Assembly (NCBI GenBank): GCA_030390025.1
Contig: CM059432.1
Location: forward strand, 51,462,001-51,526,000
Direction of reading: 5' to 3'
Origin: Squalus acanthias
Taxonomy: Eukaryota
DNA: 64,000 bases
Positions 51,201 to 64,000 of the stretch are shown here, piece after piece. The notes beneath the pieces are model-generated. The model saw only the letters and a list, made by a program, of their open reading frames with translations, made no database searches and was not told where the DNA came from. The translations under genes and the position numbers were made by a program. Each line of letters starts with the position of its first letter. Position 1 is the first letter of the stretch.

Positions 51201-54200
51201 TCATTGAGAGCCACTCAGATGAATCAGTTCACAAAGTCCTAGAATATGAATTGATTAATTTATTCTTTCCCTGTGTATAATTACTGATGCTCTGTGACAT
51301 TCCCGGCTCTTCGCATATCAACTGGGAACTAATAGGGACAATTTTAACTCCAAGCAGGAGTCGTGCAGACAGGGGCCAAGCTGGACAGAAAGCCATCTGG
51401 CCCTCCACAGCATGAGGCCCAGGAAACTTTAACTCGCAGACTTCATCCGCATAGGCCCCACCATTCTCCCGCTTGAACCCAGCAGGAAGCAGGATTTCGA
51501 GTGGAAAGTGGCTGCTGCTGGGGACCTGAAGGAATGGTCCCTGGTACTCAGATAAGTGGTTCGGAGGAGTGTTGGGAGGGCATTGCGATCAGGGGAGTAG
51601 AAGGGAAGCCCGGGTCAGGGAAGGCCCAAGGTATCCTTGAGGGGTCCAGAGGAGCACTCCTTCTCCTCCTAGCCCACAAGAAAACAAAACTAAAGATAAA
51701 ATGAACTTACTTTTCTAGGCCTCTTTTGGCCCTGGCTCCTCTTGCAGCCAAGTCGCCAAGGCTTCATTGACAGGACCTCCCAAATCGGTGACCTCCACCT
51801 CCTAGGAAGGACAAGGGCAGCAGGTGCATGGGAACACCATCATCTCCAAGTTATCTTCCAAGTCACACATCATTCCAACTTGGACATATATTATCGTTCC
51901 TTCATTGTCGCTGGGTCAAAATCCTGGAACTCCCTACCTAACAGCATTGTGAGAGTAACTTTGCTAAATGGACTGCAGCGATTCAAGAAGAAGGCCGACC
52001 ACCACCTTCTCAAGGGCAACTGGGGATGGGCAATAAATGCTGGCCTTGCCAATGATGCACGTATCGCAGCAGCTTCCATGAGCAGGCCTCCAATAAAAAT
52101 TGTTGTCGTGCCCGAAATGTTATCAGAGCTCAATATGCATATTTAAAGAAGGACCCTGCTGTCTTCCAACGCATATCCCTCCACCTGCTAAAAATAGCAG
52201 TTTAAGATTGCAACTCGCAGGAAGGCAGCGGGCTCAGAATGGGTAAGTCGCACCAGCCACTTTAACTGCCTGACGCCTGGTTTCCGCCGGGCAGGCAGAA
52301 TTAAAATCGGCCCTAATATCTTTACATCTAACCGGGTATTATAAAGCAGTTCGGCTGAAATGTTCTTTTACATTTAGCATTTATGTTTCACATAACCTTT
52401 TCCACTGGTTCAAATTAAATCCTGGATACAGCTGTAGAACCCAAAACAGTTTATTAATATGTATAAGTACATTGCCCTCTTTATTCAATTTGCTCTTTAC
52501 ATATTAACACATACTTAACTAGATAATCGATGACCTTCGTAGCACTGAGCACGGCCAAGGTTTGGAGCCTGACTCTTCTACATTTTATTAATACTAGATA
52601 TGGTTGGCTGACAGAGAGAAGGAGCTGATAAAGTCTTGCCCTTTTAACTTTCCCACAGGCTGTCTTGCTGTTTGAAGGAGGGGGACTACTATTTGTACTA
52701 CCAACTATCACTTGTTAATCCATGCCCTGATTAGTAAGTGCTCTTTTCTCCATCTTGCAAAAAAAATCTGATTAGTTGCTCATGCAACTGATGCAATTCT
52801 TTGACAACAATGACTCAGATTACATATTCAGAAATGATTATTGCTTCACATTCCTAAGATGTAAAATAATCAGACATACTGCTGTCTGTTACAAATGCAT
52901 GAATGGAAAATTCACTTCCCTGAATCTTTATTGATAATAAATAGAACAATTGCAGACACTAGAGAAACATGCAGCTGAATGAAGAGTTGCAGGTAATTTT
53001 TGAATTAATTGCTAAGATAATATGGAAAACATGGTTTGAAATCAAAGTTATTTATGGGGAAAAGTGAAGTGACAAAACTATAGACCAAGAAAAATAAACA
53101 TTCATTGCATTATTTAAAACTTGAATTAGGATTAATTATTTAAATAAGATCTCGCTCTCTCTTGGACACTGGTAATTTACTGCATAGTAGAGGCACTAAG
53201 TAAGAATGAACTTGAATTTATATAGTTCCTTTCACATTATCGTCCCAGAATATTTCACAGCCAATAAATTACTAAGGACTCAAGTCTATCTTTCGCAAGT
53301 AAGTTCCAGTTGGAGGAACGCAGAGTTCTTGTAGGGTCGTAGGGATGGGGGAGGTTATGGAGATAGGGAGGGTTAAAACCATGGAGGGATTTGAATGTGA
53401 GGAGTGTGAGAATTGAGAGAGTGAAAGCACAATGGAAAATTAACGGATCGGGCTAGACACAGGGAGACAGAGCGAGCAATAAAACATCAGTAAATTAATG
53501 GACGAGGGAGCCTGGTGGCTTTTGGAGAAGGAAAATAAACCGGATTAAAATAATTATATTTCTGATTTCCAACATTCTGAGTATTTTGCCCTTTGGTTTA
53601 AAATCTAATGGTTCTCAGTAAGGAAAATTCTAGAGTTTTCTTTAAATTTCTGTGCCAGGTGGAGGGAAAATGTTCCTGACTATTAAACATCAAGAAATGG
53701 GAAATGGCAGAGAGACTGATCTTTGCTGGCCATCTGCACAGCCGGGGTGGCCCGTGTCATGAATTAGCAGTGTTCCTGCTCTTTATTGCTGCTTCAGGCG
53801 TGTTTTTAGATGAGTGATGGGGCAGATTTACAGCAGATGCACGGGAATTTACTGTTGCAGCCTGGTTGGCGTACACCAGTCCTGCACTCTGCACACAGTG
53901 TAGGGTTTGTTATCGATGTCAATGGGGTAACAAACCAGAGAAAACATCAGAGCTCTTTATGGGTGAGATATTGGACGCAAGGCTGGAAGGAGCTCTTGCT
54001 GCAATTATATAGGGCTTTGGTGAGACAACACCTGGAGTATTGTGTACAGATTTGGTCTCCTTACCTAAGGAAGGATATACTTGCCTTTGAGGTGGTGCAA
54101 CAAAGGTTCACCAGACTGATTCCTGGGATGAGACAGTTGTCGTATGAGGAGAGCTTGAGTAGAATGGGTCTATATTCTCTGGAGTTTAGAAAAATGAGAG

Positions 54201-57200
54201 TTGACCTCATTGAAACATATAAAATTCTTAGAGGGCTTGACAGGGTAGATGCTGAGAGACTTTTGCCCTGGCTGGTGAATCTACACTAGGAGGGGGCATA
54301 GTCTCAGGATAACTGTGCAGCAATAACAGTCCTTTAACTAGAATAGCTGAGAATTATTCCATACTCTGTAAAGAAAAATATATCTCTTAGTTCCTTTATA
54401 AAATACTGTTACCTGCAAGACTATTACATTTATTTAACTGAAAATAAATAGATTCTTTTGAATTACTTCGTGATTTTATAAAACAACAATAAGCTCCACT
54501 ATGGCAGAATAAGCTGAGCATGTTCTAGTTTGGAAAGTGTTAATATAGCTATGATATCAGTTCTCTCCAATTTCCAAAAACAACATTTAAAATCCCTCTT
54601 TTGTACCAAACTTTGGGGTAAAAATTCACTTGGTTGCGCCTCCCATTAGCGCCTTAAGAGGGCGCTAATGGGGCGCAAAGCTGCTAACGCCCGTGCGCAG
54701 CGATTTTTGCGCCGCTCGAAAACTTAACTTGAGATTGTGCGGCGGCGCTAAAACTTACCGCTGCGACCACCTGCGCGCGCAGATTGTGACGTCATTCCAT
54801 GGTGCAACGCCCTTGTGGCGCCCCGGAGCGGAAATTGAGTGGCGCCCCCTGCCTTACCGCCTGGCGCATCCAACGACCAGAAGACTGGAACGCTATCAAT
54901 CGCTGTGGGGCTGGGGGGGGCGCTATTTAAAGGGGGCCTCTTCCTGTCTTTTATTGTTGGTGGCATTTTTGAACTACGCATTCTGAGAGAGAGAGGGAGA
55001 GACTTCTGGAGAGATTCAACGTTGTGGGAAGGAGTTTTGGGTACTGAGCAGCACTTTGCAGGTTCATTTTGATTTGCCATTCCTTGTATCGATTTAGCAG
55101 AGACTGTGGGAGCTGCACTCTGAGCTCTTTGCCTGTTACTCTCCATTGTTCTTTCCAGCACATTTGATGTGCAAGTCTCTCCAGGCCGAGATTCAAGGCT
55201 GCAATGAACAGGATGTGGATGGAAAGCAAGATTAACCATCCCCTTTAAGAACTGGCCCGTGCCATTGTGTGTGTGTTTCTTTGCTGACTGACATTACATG
55301 AGCTTCGCCAGCGCTCTGAGTTAGCGCCTCACTGCTCGGCCTTTGCGCCTTAAGACAGGTGTGCAGCGCCTGCTTTAGCGCTCCACTCACCTCCCGGGGC
55401 GGTAAAAGTGAAGTTTCCTGTCAGTGCCGATAATTAGCGCCAAGCGCTAATATTTGCGTCCAGACGATATTTGCGCCCCAAATGGGGCGCGACCTAATTT
55501 CTACCCCTTTAGGTTTGGGTACATTTCATGTAAATGCATTGAATAGAGCATTTTCCACTTTTGGTACCATAGCTGTGATATCTAAGCTAACTATTTTTTG
55601 TGCCCATAAACTACTCCTGGTCAGTTATAGCATAATTAGGTGAAGGGTGAAGTGCAATGTGATACTGAGCCATATAGATCAGGAGGGTGCAAGATTCATT
55701 CTTTAGTCTGTGCTGGATTAGCTAATCTTTGAGGATGCAATAGAAGTCACAGCACAAAGGGAGGCCATTTGGCTCATGAAGCCAATGCAGTAGAGGTGCT
55801 ACAATTGACCTCAGTCACTCGCTCCCCGCACCCCACCACCCACCCACCCTTTCCCACTCCAGACTAGGGAAGAGAAAAGTCAGCAAGGGTTTTGAGCCAA
55901 ATCACTGGAAAGTGTATGAACATTGAGTGAAGATAGGATAAGGCTGGACTGTTATACCCCAAACAGGCAAGTAGCCTCCTGGGCTAGGCTCAGACATGAA
56001 GAATGGTAGAAAAACAGAAAATGCTGGAAACACTCAGCAGGTCAGGCAGCATCTGTGGAGAGAGAAATAGAGTTAACATTTCAGCTCGATGACCTTTCAT
56101 TGAAAAAAATGATAAAAATGAAGTAAAAGGGGTAAAAGATTGAAAGCGGGGCAAGCTATATAGACAGATCTCTGTAGGTACTTCTTTGTCCTCCAGTTTT
56201 GGGGGTTTGCTGAAAAGTGGGTCTATCAGTTACGTGGATAGACTGGAGAAGCTGGGGTTGTTCTCCTTGGAGCAGAGAAGGTTGATAGGAGATTTGATAG
56301 AGGTGTTCAAAATCATGATGGATCTAGAGAGAGTAGATAGAGAGAAACTGTTCCCATTGGCAGAAGGGTCGAGAACCAGAGGACACAGATTCAAGGTGAT
56401 TGGCAAAAGAACCAAAGGCGACACGAGGAAAAAAAAAATTATGCAGCGAGTGGTTAGGATCTGGAATGCACTGCCTGAAAGGATGGTGGAGGCAGACTCA
56501 ATCACGGCTTTCAAAAGGGAATTGGATAAGTACCTGAAGGAAAAAAATTTGCAGGGCTACGGGGAAAGGGCGGGGGAGTGGGACGAGCTGAAGTGCTCTT
56601 GCAGAGAGCCGGCACAGGCTCAATGGGCCAAATGGCCTCCTTCTGTGCTGTAACCATTCTATGATTTTAAATGTGGGAATATTTGAAAACTTAATTATAG
56701 ATAATTAGGTCTGGGAACTCCAGCTGCTCAGCATTCTAAATTTTATTTTCAACAAAACAATTCAGGATTGTTTCCCATCCCAAATAAATTTCAGCGAATC
56801 AAAACAGCAATCTTTAATATTCAGTCTGGGTTTTGCAAAATAAGCAGATACTTTATACATGGCTTTATATTCAACTTGATGCGAGTCAGGACATGGGCAG
56901 CTGAATTTTGGATGATCTCAAGTTTTCATAGGGTAGAACGTGGAAAGCCAGCCAGGAGTGCGTTGGAATAGTCAAGTTGAGGGGTTCAGCAGCGGATGAG
57001 CTGAGGCAAGGGCGGAGACGGGCAATGTTACAGAGGTGGAAATTGGCGGTCTTTGTTATGGCGCGGATATGTGGTCGGAAGCTCATTTCAGGGTCAAATA
57101 TGACACCAAGGTTGCGAATAGTGTGGTTCAGCCTCAGACAGATGTTAGGGAGAGCGATGGAGTCACTGGCTAGGGAACGGAGTTTGTGGTGGGGACCGAA

Positions 57201-58498
57201 AACAATGGCTTCGGTCTTCCCAATATTTAGTTGGAGAAAATTTCTGCTCATCCAGAACTGGATGTCAGACAAGCAGTCTGACAATTTAGAGACCGTGGAG
57301 GGGTTGAGAGAAGTGGTGGTGATGTAGAGCTGGGTGTCATCAGTGTACATGTGGAAACTGACACTGTGTTTTCGGATGATGTCGCCAAGGGGCAACATGT
57401 AGATGAGAAATAGGAGGGGGCCAAGGATAGAACCTTGGGGAACACCAGAGGTAACGATGCGGGAGCGGGAAGAGAAGCCGTTGCAGGTGATTCTCTGGCT
57501 ACAATTAGATAGATAAGAACGGAACCAGGCAAGTGCAGTCCCACCCAGCTGGACGGCGGTGGAGAAGGATGGAGTGGTCAACCATGTCAAAGGCTGCAGA
57601 CAAGTCAAGAAGGATGAGGAGGGATAGTTTACGTTTGTCACAGTCACAAAGGATGTAATTTGTGACTTTGATGAGAGCCGTTTCGGTACTGTGGCAGGGG
57701 CGGAAACCTGATTGGAGGGATTCAAACATGGAGTTGCGGGAAAGATGGGCACGGATTTGGGAGGCGACAAGACGTTCAAGGCATTTGGAGAGGAAAGGGA
57801 AGTTGGAGATGGGGCGGTAGTTTGCAAGGACGGAGGGGTCAGGGTTTTTTTTTTTAGGAGAGGGGTGATGACGGCAGATTTGAGTCAGAGGGGGGACAGT
57901 ACCTGTGGAGAGAGAACTGTTAACAATGTCAGCTAACATGGGAGCCAGAAAAGGAAATTGGGTGGTCAGCAGTTTGGTGGGAATAGGGTCGAGGGAGCAG
58001 GATGTGGGTCTTATTGACAAGATGAGCACGGAAAGGTCATGAGGGGAGATCGGAGAGAAACCGGAGAAAGGGCTAGGGCAGGATGGAACCTTAGAGGAAG
58101 TTTGACCTGGTGGGCTAGGGGAAGGAAGGGAAGTGGCAGAGGCAGCTGAACTTGTTGTCGGAGGTGAGGGTGGAGGAGACAGGGGCTTAAGAAGACGGTT
58201 GGCAGTGGAGAATATAAGCCGGGGTTTATCTTTGTATTCCAGAATGATTCTGGCATAGTGAGCAATTTTGGCAGATGTTAATACTGGATGAGCATTAATT
58301 CTTCCAGATCAGATACACTACAGTTAGTTACAGGTAAAATTCTCTATACTCTGCTCCAAAAATCTCTTAATTTTACCTCAGACGAGCATTATCTATCACA
58401 CCAGTATGATTGTTTTCTATTTCCCATGCCAATTGACCTCTGAGTGAGTTTGCCAATTTAGTATTTTTCTTAAACTGTGGGCTTATTGCCATTAGGAA
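45257..58498 (-). CDS. Tentative spliced host-gene segment: exons 58377-58498, 52515-52607, 50195-50292, 47386-47458, 45257-45284; product unknown
   Basis: Each has a pyrimidine tract plus AG and a GT donor, and phases chain 0-2-2-1-2-0 without stops. The peptide is not recognised and could be a chance result. Confidence 0.25.
45779..46227 (+). mobile_element. Full-length tRNA-derived Deu-domain SINE (SacSINE1-like)
   Basis: A box tggcacagtgg, B box ggttcaaatcc; Deu-like ggatgagacgtt...gtaaaagatcc-type block and gtcctggccaatatt; L2-like tail ctatataaatgcaa. Confidence 0.8.
48225..48310 (+). pseudogene. Short relic of another Harbinger Myb/SANT-like gene
   Basis: Translates as [18 protein letters not shown], similar to the other Myb relics. 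Confidence 0.4.
48510..49753 (+). mobile_element. 5'-truncated CR1 LINE
   Basis: ORFs 48714-49451 and 49400-49639; (TCTTATGT)n tail. Confidence 0.95.
51334..52314. mobile_element. Harbinger-type MITE containing a second-family LINE 3' end (~51745-52060)
   Basis: TIR agggacaattttaa/ttaaaatcggccct, TSD AAT. Confidence 0.75.
53990..54312 (+). mobile_element. CR1 fragment
   Basis: [22 protein letters not shown]...LIETYKIL. Confidence 0.9.
54615..55507. mobile_element. Harbinger-type MITE (uninterrupted sister of 20804-22456)
   Basis: TIR ggggtaaaaatt/aatttctacccc, TSD TTT. Confidence 0.9.
56010..56100 (-). repeat. Penelope-type short repeat
   Basis: Matches the left arm of 24903-24994. Confidence 0.75.
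56225..56665 (+). mobile_element. CR1 3' end (same subfamily as the window start)
   Basis: [19 protein letters not shown]...; tail gctgtaaccattctatgatt. Confidence 0.9.
56886..58265 (-). mobile_element. L2-type LINE RT fragment
   Basis: [46 protein letters not shown] and LQLNIGKTE; frameshifted. Confidence 0.9.
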
Positions 58499-59189
58499 CT
58501 GGAGGGAAAAACGTATTTTATATAGAACCTTTACAGAGAGAGATGAGACTGCCTTCCCATCAGTCTGATCTGGACTCAAACCCAGGCGGAAGAGATAAAA
58601 GAACAGTGTACAATCTCATAGTTCTATCTCGTCTCTATGCAGAACAGAAGTGCTGAATAAAATCAAGATATCATCTTTCACTGTACTATCATTAGATAGA
58701 GTTTGGCAGTACTTTCCTTAGGTATGAGACTTTGGATTTCTGGATTGGCTCCGAGGACAATAACTGAAGGCCTGACTGCTAAAGCAAAGAGCTTAGATGA
58801 AAAAGAGACTGTTCTGCCATGTGTCAAAGCATATATTCGAAAGGAGGGAGGCAAAGTTGTTTGATGGAATCACTGTTGTGGGTCTACTTGAAGAAATTCA
58901 GTTCATTGTCAAATCTCCCCAGGGTATGGTAACATCTTTAGTTACTGGCAGCCAAACTATGTGTTACAGAAGCTGCACATCACTAAAACTGGTATTAAAA
59001 TACATCTTTTGTCCTGAAACTACATCTCAGGCCAGAATAAATAATTTCTCTTTATTCCTGGTGAGTGAGAGAGAGAGAGAGAGAGAACAACTTAGTTCTG
59101 TGTTTAAATAGAGAGCTTTTTTCAAACTCTACGTCTGTAGCTCTGAAATTGCATATCAAACTCTATCAGCATTGCCCCTGCAAGTTAAT

Positions 59190-59956
59190 GGCCCTGAATT
59201 TGCAGTCGGCAGCATAGCTAAGGAGCACACCGCCGACATCCGAACGAAATCCGCACTTACCTGGTGCGAACGCCACTTCGAGAACTTGCGTTGTTTCGCT
59301 GCGGAGTTGTGTGCAGCATAGTGGGCCACTGATCCCAGGAGCGCACCGTTGTGTGTAAGCATACCTGGGACATGGGGCGGTGCTCCTTTCACTTGCCAAT
59401 CAGGAAACATAGAAAGCCCTGTATATTATTATGTAGTTACAACTTGTAAATTAAACGGTGTGATACTAAATTATATTTATTTGACAAGTACAGTACTTGT
59501 CTTTAAAAAGCACAGGGAATACTTCAGAGTAAGTTTGGTTATTTATTGGAAGACTGCAAGATTAAAAAAAGATAAAAATGATCTCATCCCTCAAACCAAG
59601 TCTTTACAGTTACCTGGTAGGTTCTTTTACGTGTTAGTTTCTAATTATTATACAATTTTCTTATCCCCCTCCCCTTACGCTGGGCAAACAGGCTCCTGCC
59701 CCTGTTTGAACCAGCTGTAAAAATTTCCAGCGTAATTGATGCGCAGTAGGTGGGTAATTAGCTCAACTATTCGCCAGCACATCATTTGAATGAGGACTTG
59801 AAAGTCGCAGCAGATCATCTGTCTATTCGGAACTTGACAGATCGCAAGTTCGGGATTTAGTGTTTGCAGAAAATCCTGAATTTGCAGTCAATTTCAAAGG
59901 CAGTATGACGGTGCACTCTGAGAGTACGCCATCGTACCAACCGCAAATTCAGGGCC
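59190..59956. mobile_element. Harbinger-type MITE (termini related to 23042-23239)
   Basis: TIR ggccctgaatttgc/gcaaattcagggcc, TSD AAT. Confidence 0.9.
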
Positions 59957-60383
59957 AATATTTTTTTTGCCATATCCCATTCTTCCAAAGTTGATCACTA
60001 TGACAATTGAGTGGGTGGTTCAGGAGCTAAAAAGCTCAAATTTCTCAGTCAACTTGGTTTGAACAATAATTGATCTCCAGTTGTCTCTTTAGCCCTAATG
60101 CAACATGTAGGACCTATTCTTTGTCTTATCATGTGCTTAATTGGCTTTCTAATACCTTAGTCTTTGACCTTTCCTGGTCTGCAAACAAATTGTGACAACT
60201 ATTAGCAGTATTTGTGTGAAAATCTTTCCTTTTCACAGAGAGTAATTTAAATTCTTCTCTACCATTTTAAAAGACTATTTCTTAAAATCTTAGCATTTAT
60301 CTTTTTAATCTCAGCCAATATCACTCACTGTTGTTTTAATTAATCAAAACCGAATGAAGATCATTTTCTACAACTAAAATAAT

Positions 60384-62314
60384 GGGCAGGATTTTGCGGG
60401 GGGTCAGTGGGCACAATCGATGGCGGGTCGGGTGGGAAAGTGGGAAAGTGTTTTTTTTCCCCAGTGGGTCGGGACCCCGCTGTGAACCCGCCGCCACACG
60501 CCTTTACCAAATGTTGGGTCTGTCAGCGCTGAGCAGACCCGACACACAGCGGTGGGGGAGGCAATTATAATCATTAGTGGCTTGTTTACAACCACTTTTC
60601 AATGCTTTTTTCACAGCTTTTTGGATTTGACAGCTCACCCACTGGTTTCTTGCTGTGCCTAGACCTCGTCAGTGAAACTGAGACGGGAGGTCAGTGGCCA
60701 TTGAATCAGCTGATGAGTTGACAGCTTCAAATATCAAGTCAAAGCTCCCAGTTGATTGAGATATGCTCCCTTAACCATTAGCTTCTCGAAACTGCATTTC
60801 AACTACAGATTCAAAATGCTGCAAGTCTTTACACAAGTCTCCATCCAGTCTGACCTCATTACCTCTCCCACCATTGAAAGATTGCTTCTGTCATCTCTAC
60901 TTCACCTGCCACCTATTCCATCAGCATGGATGCCCTTGAAACTCTCTTACCTTGGTCCTCAGAATCCCACCACGATCAGCCCCAATACCAGCATCACCAG
61001 GCACACCAGCAGCACCAACAACAACACCAACCTTCTCCGCAATCAACTGATGCTGCACAGGACAGAGGGCATCAGCCACAATCACATTGTTGCCTGGAAG
61101 GTCAGGGATGGCCTCATCATGGCCACATTTACTTCACTTGACGCTGTACACCCTGGCTGCCACATGATGCACCAGGTTGGCGCCACATGATGCACCAGGT
61201 TGGCACCACACCACACCAACGCCATAAAGCATCCCGACTATGCCCAAGCCATTCCTTTCACACTCGTCAGCATTGCGGGTGGGTACCATTATGTCTCACT
61301 ATTCACTGCAACTCACTAAGCCACTTCCAAAGGTGCACACAAATCTGTCCAAGAACGCAAAGTGTTGAAAATATGGGTTTCAATGTTTGACACCACATTA
61401 ACAGAAACTTTACATGAACATTGCATAAAACACCCAAGTGCCTACCCTTGTGTGTTGTTAGTTGGTATGATTGCACTAGGATGAGGGTGAGTGTGAGGGA
61501 TGGCTAGTGAGATGTGGATGTGATAATGTAGATAGAGAAGGATTGGTGGAGGTGCAAGGTAAGTTGGTGTGAGTAAGGATGGCCTGGCCTCCCGGGCAGC
61601 AATGTGGTCAGGTGCTGATGCCCAGTGTCCTGTGCAGCATCAGTTGATTGCGGAGAAGGTTGGTGTTGTTGTTGGTGCTGCTGGTGTGCCTGGTGCTGCT
61701 GGTGTGCCTGGTGATGCTGGTGTTGGGGCTGATCGTGATGGGATTCTGAGGATCAAGGTGAGAGAGTTTCAAGGGCACCCATGTTGATGGACTAGATGGC
61801 AGGTGAAGTAGAGATGACAAAAGCGATCTCTCAATGGTGAGAGGTAATGAGGTCAGACTGGATGGAGACTTGTGTAAAGACTTGCAGCATCCGGAATCTG
61901 TAGTTGAAATGCAGTTTAGAGAAGCTAGTGGTTAAGGGAACATATCTCAATCAACTGGGAGCTTTGACTTGACATTTGAAGCTGTCAACTCATCAGCTGA
62001 TTCAACGGCAAGTGACCTCCTGCCTCAGTTTCATAGACGAGGTTTAGGCACAGCGGGAAACTGGTGGGCGAGCTGTCAAATCCAAAAAGCTGGGGAAAAA
62101 ACTATTGAGAAGTGGTTGTAAACAAGCCACTAATGATTGTAATTGCCTCCCCCACCGCTGCCTGTCAGGTCTGCTCAGTGCTGGCAGACCCAACATCGGG
62201 AAAGTCCAGTGTGCGCGTTTTGACAGTGGGTTCCCAACCCGCTGTCAATCATTTTAAATTCAACAGCTGACCCACCACCCATCCCGTCCGCTGAGCGCTG
62301 GCAAAATTCTGGCT
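60384..62314. mobile_element. Fold-back composite of two inverted left arms of the 17533 Harbinger family
   Basis: ~61580-62314 is the reverse complement of ~60384-61110; ends gggcaggattttgc/gcaaaattctggct. Confidence 0.8.
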
Positions 62315-64000
62315 TAAATCTCTTCACTGGATTATCATCTGTTTCAAACTTATGCTACTTCACTTGATTTTATTTTCAAATTGCAAAAGCATTACAGGGA
62401 ATTTGTGACTCATGAATAAAACATTGCAGAAACACCTATCCCTGATGACCTGAAAACTGCACCATGGTGAAGATTTAAATATAATAATGATTAATGGTGA
62501 CACATTAATAATCTTACTATTGCTGTGCAGAAAGCCATATTTTTGCTCTTAGTAAGAAGGAGCAGAAATTCAGATAAAAGGATTCCACAGAGTTCCAGCA
62601 TCACAAAGTCAAACTACAAGCACTCTTCTTGGAAACAATCAAAATATCCTAAGAAAAAGGTGAATGTTGAAAAACTACAAGGAAGTTTGTACAAAGATAT
62701 TGCATCATGGCATAATGCAGCTGTGTGAAAGTTGCAGATGTTATTTAGTTCTTTGTTTTCATCCGTTCAGAATGCTGCACACGGAATGTGCGGTGGACCT
62801 GTCTTGCCTGATTTTCCGTCCATTTCCTCACCAGAGGCATCCGACAGCAGAATTAGCTATTGTATATTTCTTAGTGTTCACAATAAAACCCACACTCTGA
62901 ACAGACAGACAGTAAAGGTATTCCCCCATATTAATGCAGAGATTTATTTATTTATCTATCTACCTTTCTGCAGTGGCTAAGCAAAGGACTTTGGGTCCAC
63001 AATTCCAATCCGGCAGAAACTGCACAGATCACTGGTCAGGGACTTGAAGATAGGGTGGAACCGGGTTCCTCTAGGACTCTTGCCCCATGAAATTCTTGGA
63101 GCGGGAGGAATGAGTGCCAACCTTCAGGCAACCCCTTCCCCCCACTTTCTCTCCCCCCTCCTCATGTCAAGGTGATGTGTCTGGGGGAGTTCCCAGGTTA
63201 GGCTGGACATTCTGCCATGTGCACCCTCAGTAGGCTTCAAGGGAGCTGGTGTGAGTTCTTCTGAAGATCAAGGAAATGTCCCTAACCCTCAGCAGCAGGG
63301 GGCATCCTGGTTGAAGACTTCTTGAAAATTTAGAAACCTTGATTAAAAATCATTCTGCATTTTACTGGAACTGATCTCAACATATTTAAAACATTTGCAT
63401 TTTTAGTATGGGATTGACTTTCAATTAATAATATTAGTAATATAGACCCAATAATTTTCAGTGGCTCTATGACTAACAAATGTTCCAATATTTGGAGGCC
63501 TGACAGCAACTCTACCCTGTAACAACAATTAACCTTAACTCTAAACTCAGAAGAGAACTCTCCTCTCTCATCCAAATGCAGCAATATGAATTTTTAATCG
63601 GCAATATCAGCTATCCTTTAGCTTCTTTTTGAGATTTAATGGCAATTAGCACTGAATTATGTGTTATAACTGTGAACTTGCTGCCACTAAAACTGCATTG
63701 AGGCTGAAATTCATTTTCCATAAGACCTCTGTAACAAAAGAAATAGAGGGGAATTTTCATCACCTTTATATGCTTTGTTATTATTTATTTCTAACTATTA
63801 TGTTAACAGTTCCTACTGTTAATATGAAAATACCAGTGTACATATTACTCACTGTTCCTGACATGCACTGAATTAATTTAGTGAGTGGTAAGTTTGTCAT
63901 ATAAACTAAGTGGTTATGTTGTTTTCTTTTGGTAGTGGCCAGTTTCTCAGATTATTCCCCCATTTCTTCTTTTGAAGATAAAGTAATCTGCGTAATGTAG

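Overview
This is eukaryotic, vertebrate DNA. The repeat inventory (CR1-type LINEs with (TTCTTATG)n/(TTCTATG)n tails, an HE1-like V-SINE, Deu-domain SINEs, Penelope-type termini, many GC-rich PIF/Harbinger MITEs) points to a shark or other elasmobranch, and to intronic or intergenic sequence. Most of the window is transposable elements, often nested up to four levels deep. Main points: (1) a TIR-bounded Harbinger element (32013-34470) with an open DDE transposase ORF and a truncated convergent Myb/SANT partner gene; (2) about a dozen non-autonomous Harbinger derivatives, most with 3-bp TSDs, including a ~1.9 kb fold-back composite; (3) Penelope-associated minimal hammerhead-ribozyme motifs, one inside a near-perfect 92-bp palindrome with a 14-bp TSD; (4) AT-rich unique islands that may be conserved non-coding elements; (5) a low-confidence chain of phase-compatible minus-strand exons encoding an unrecognised peptide. 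No host gene could be identified with confidence. No CRISPR array, rRNA or bona fide tRNA gene was seen. Family names come from recognition by eye, not from database searches.
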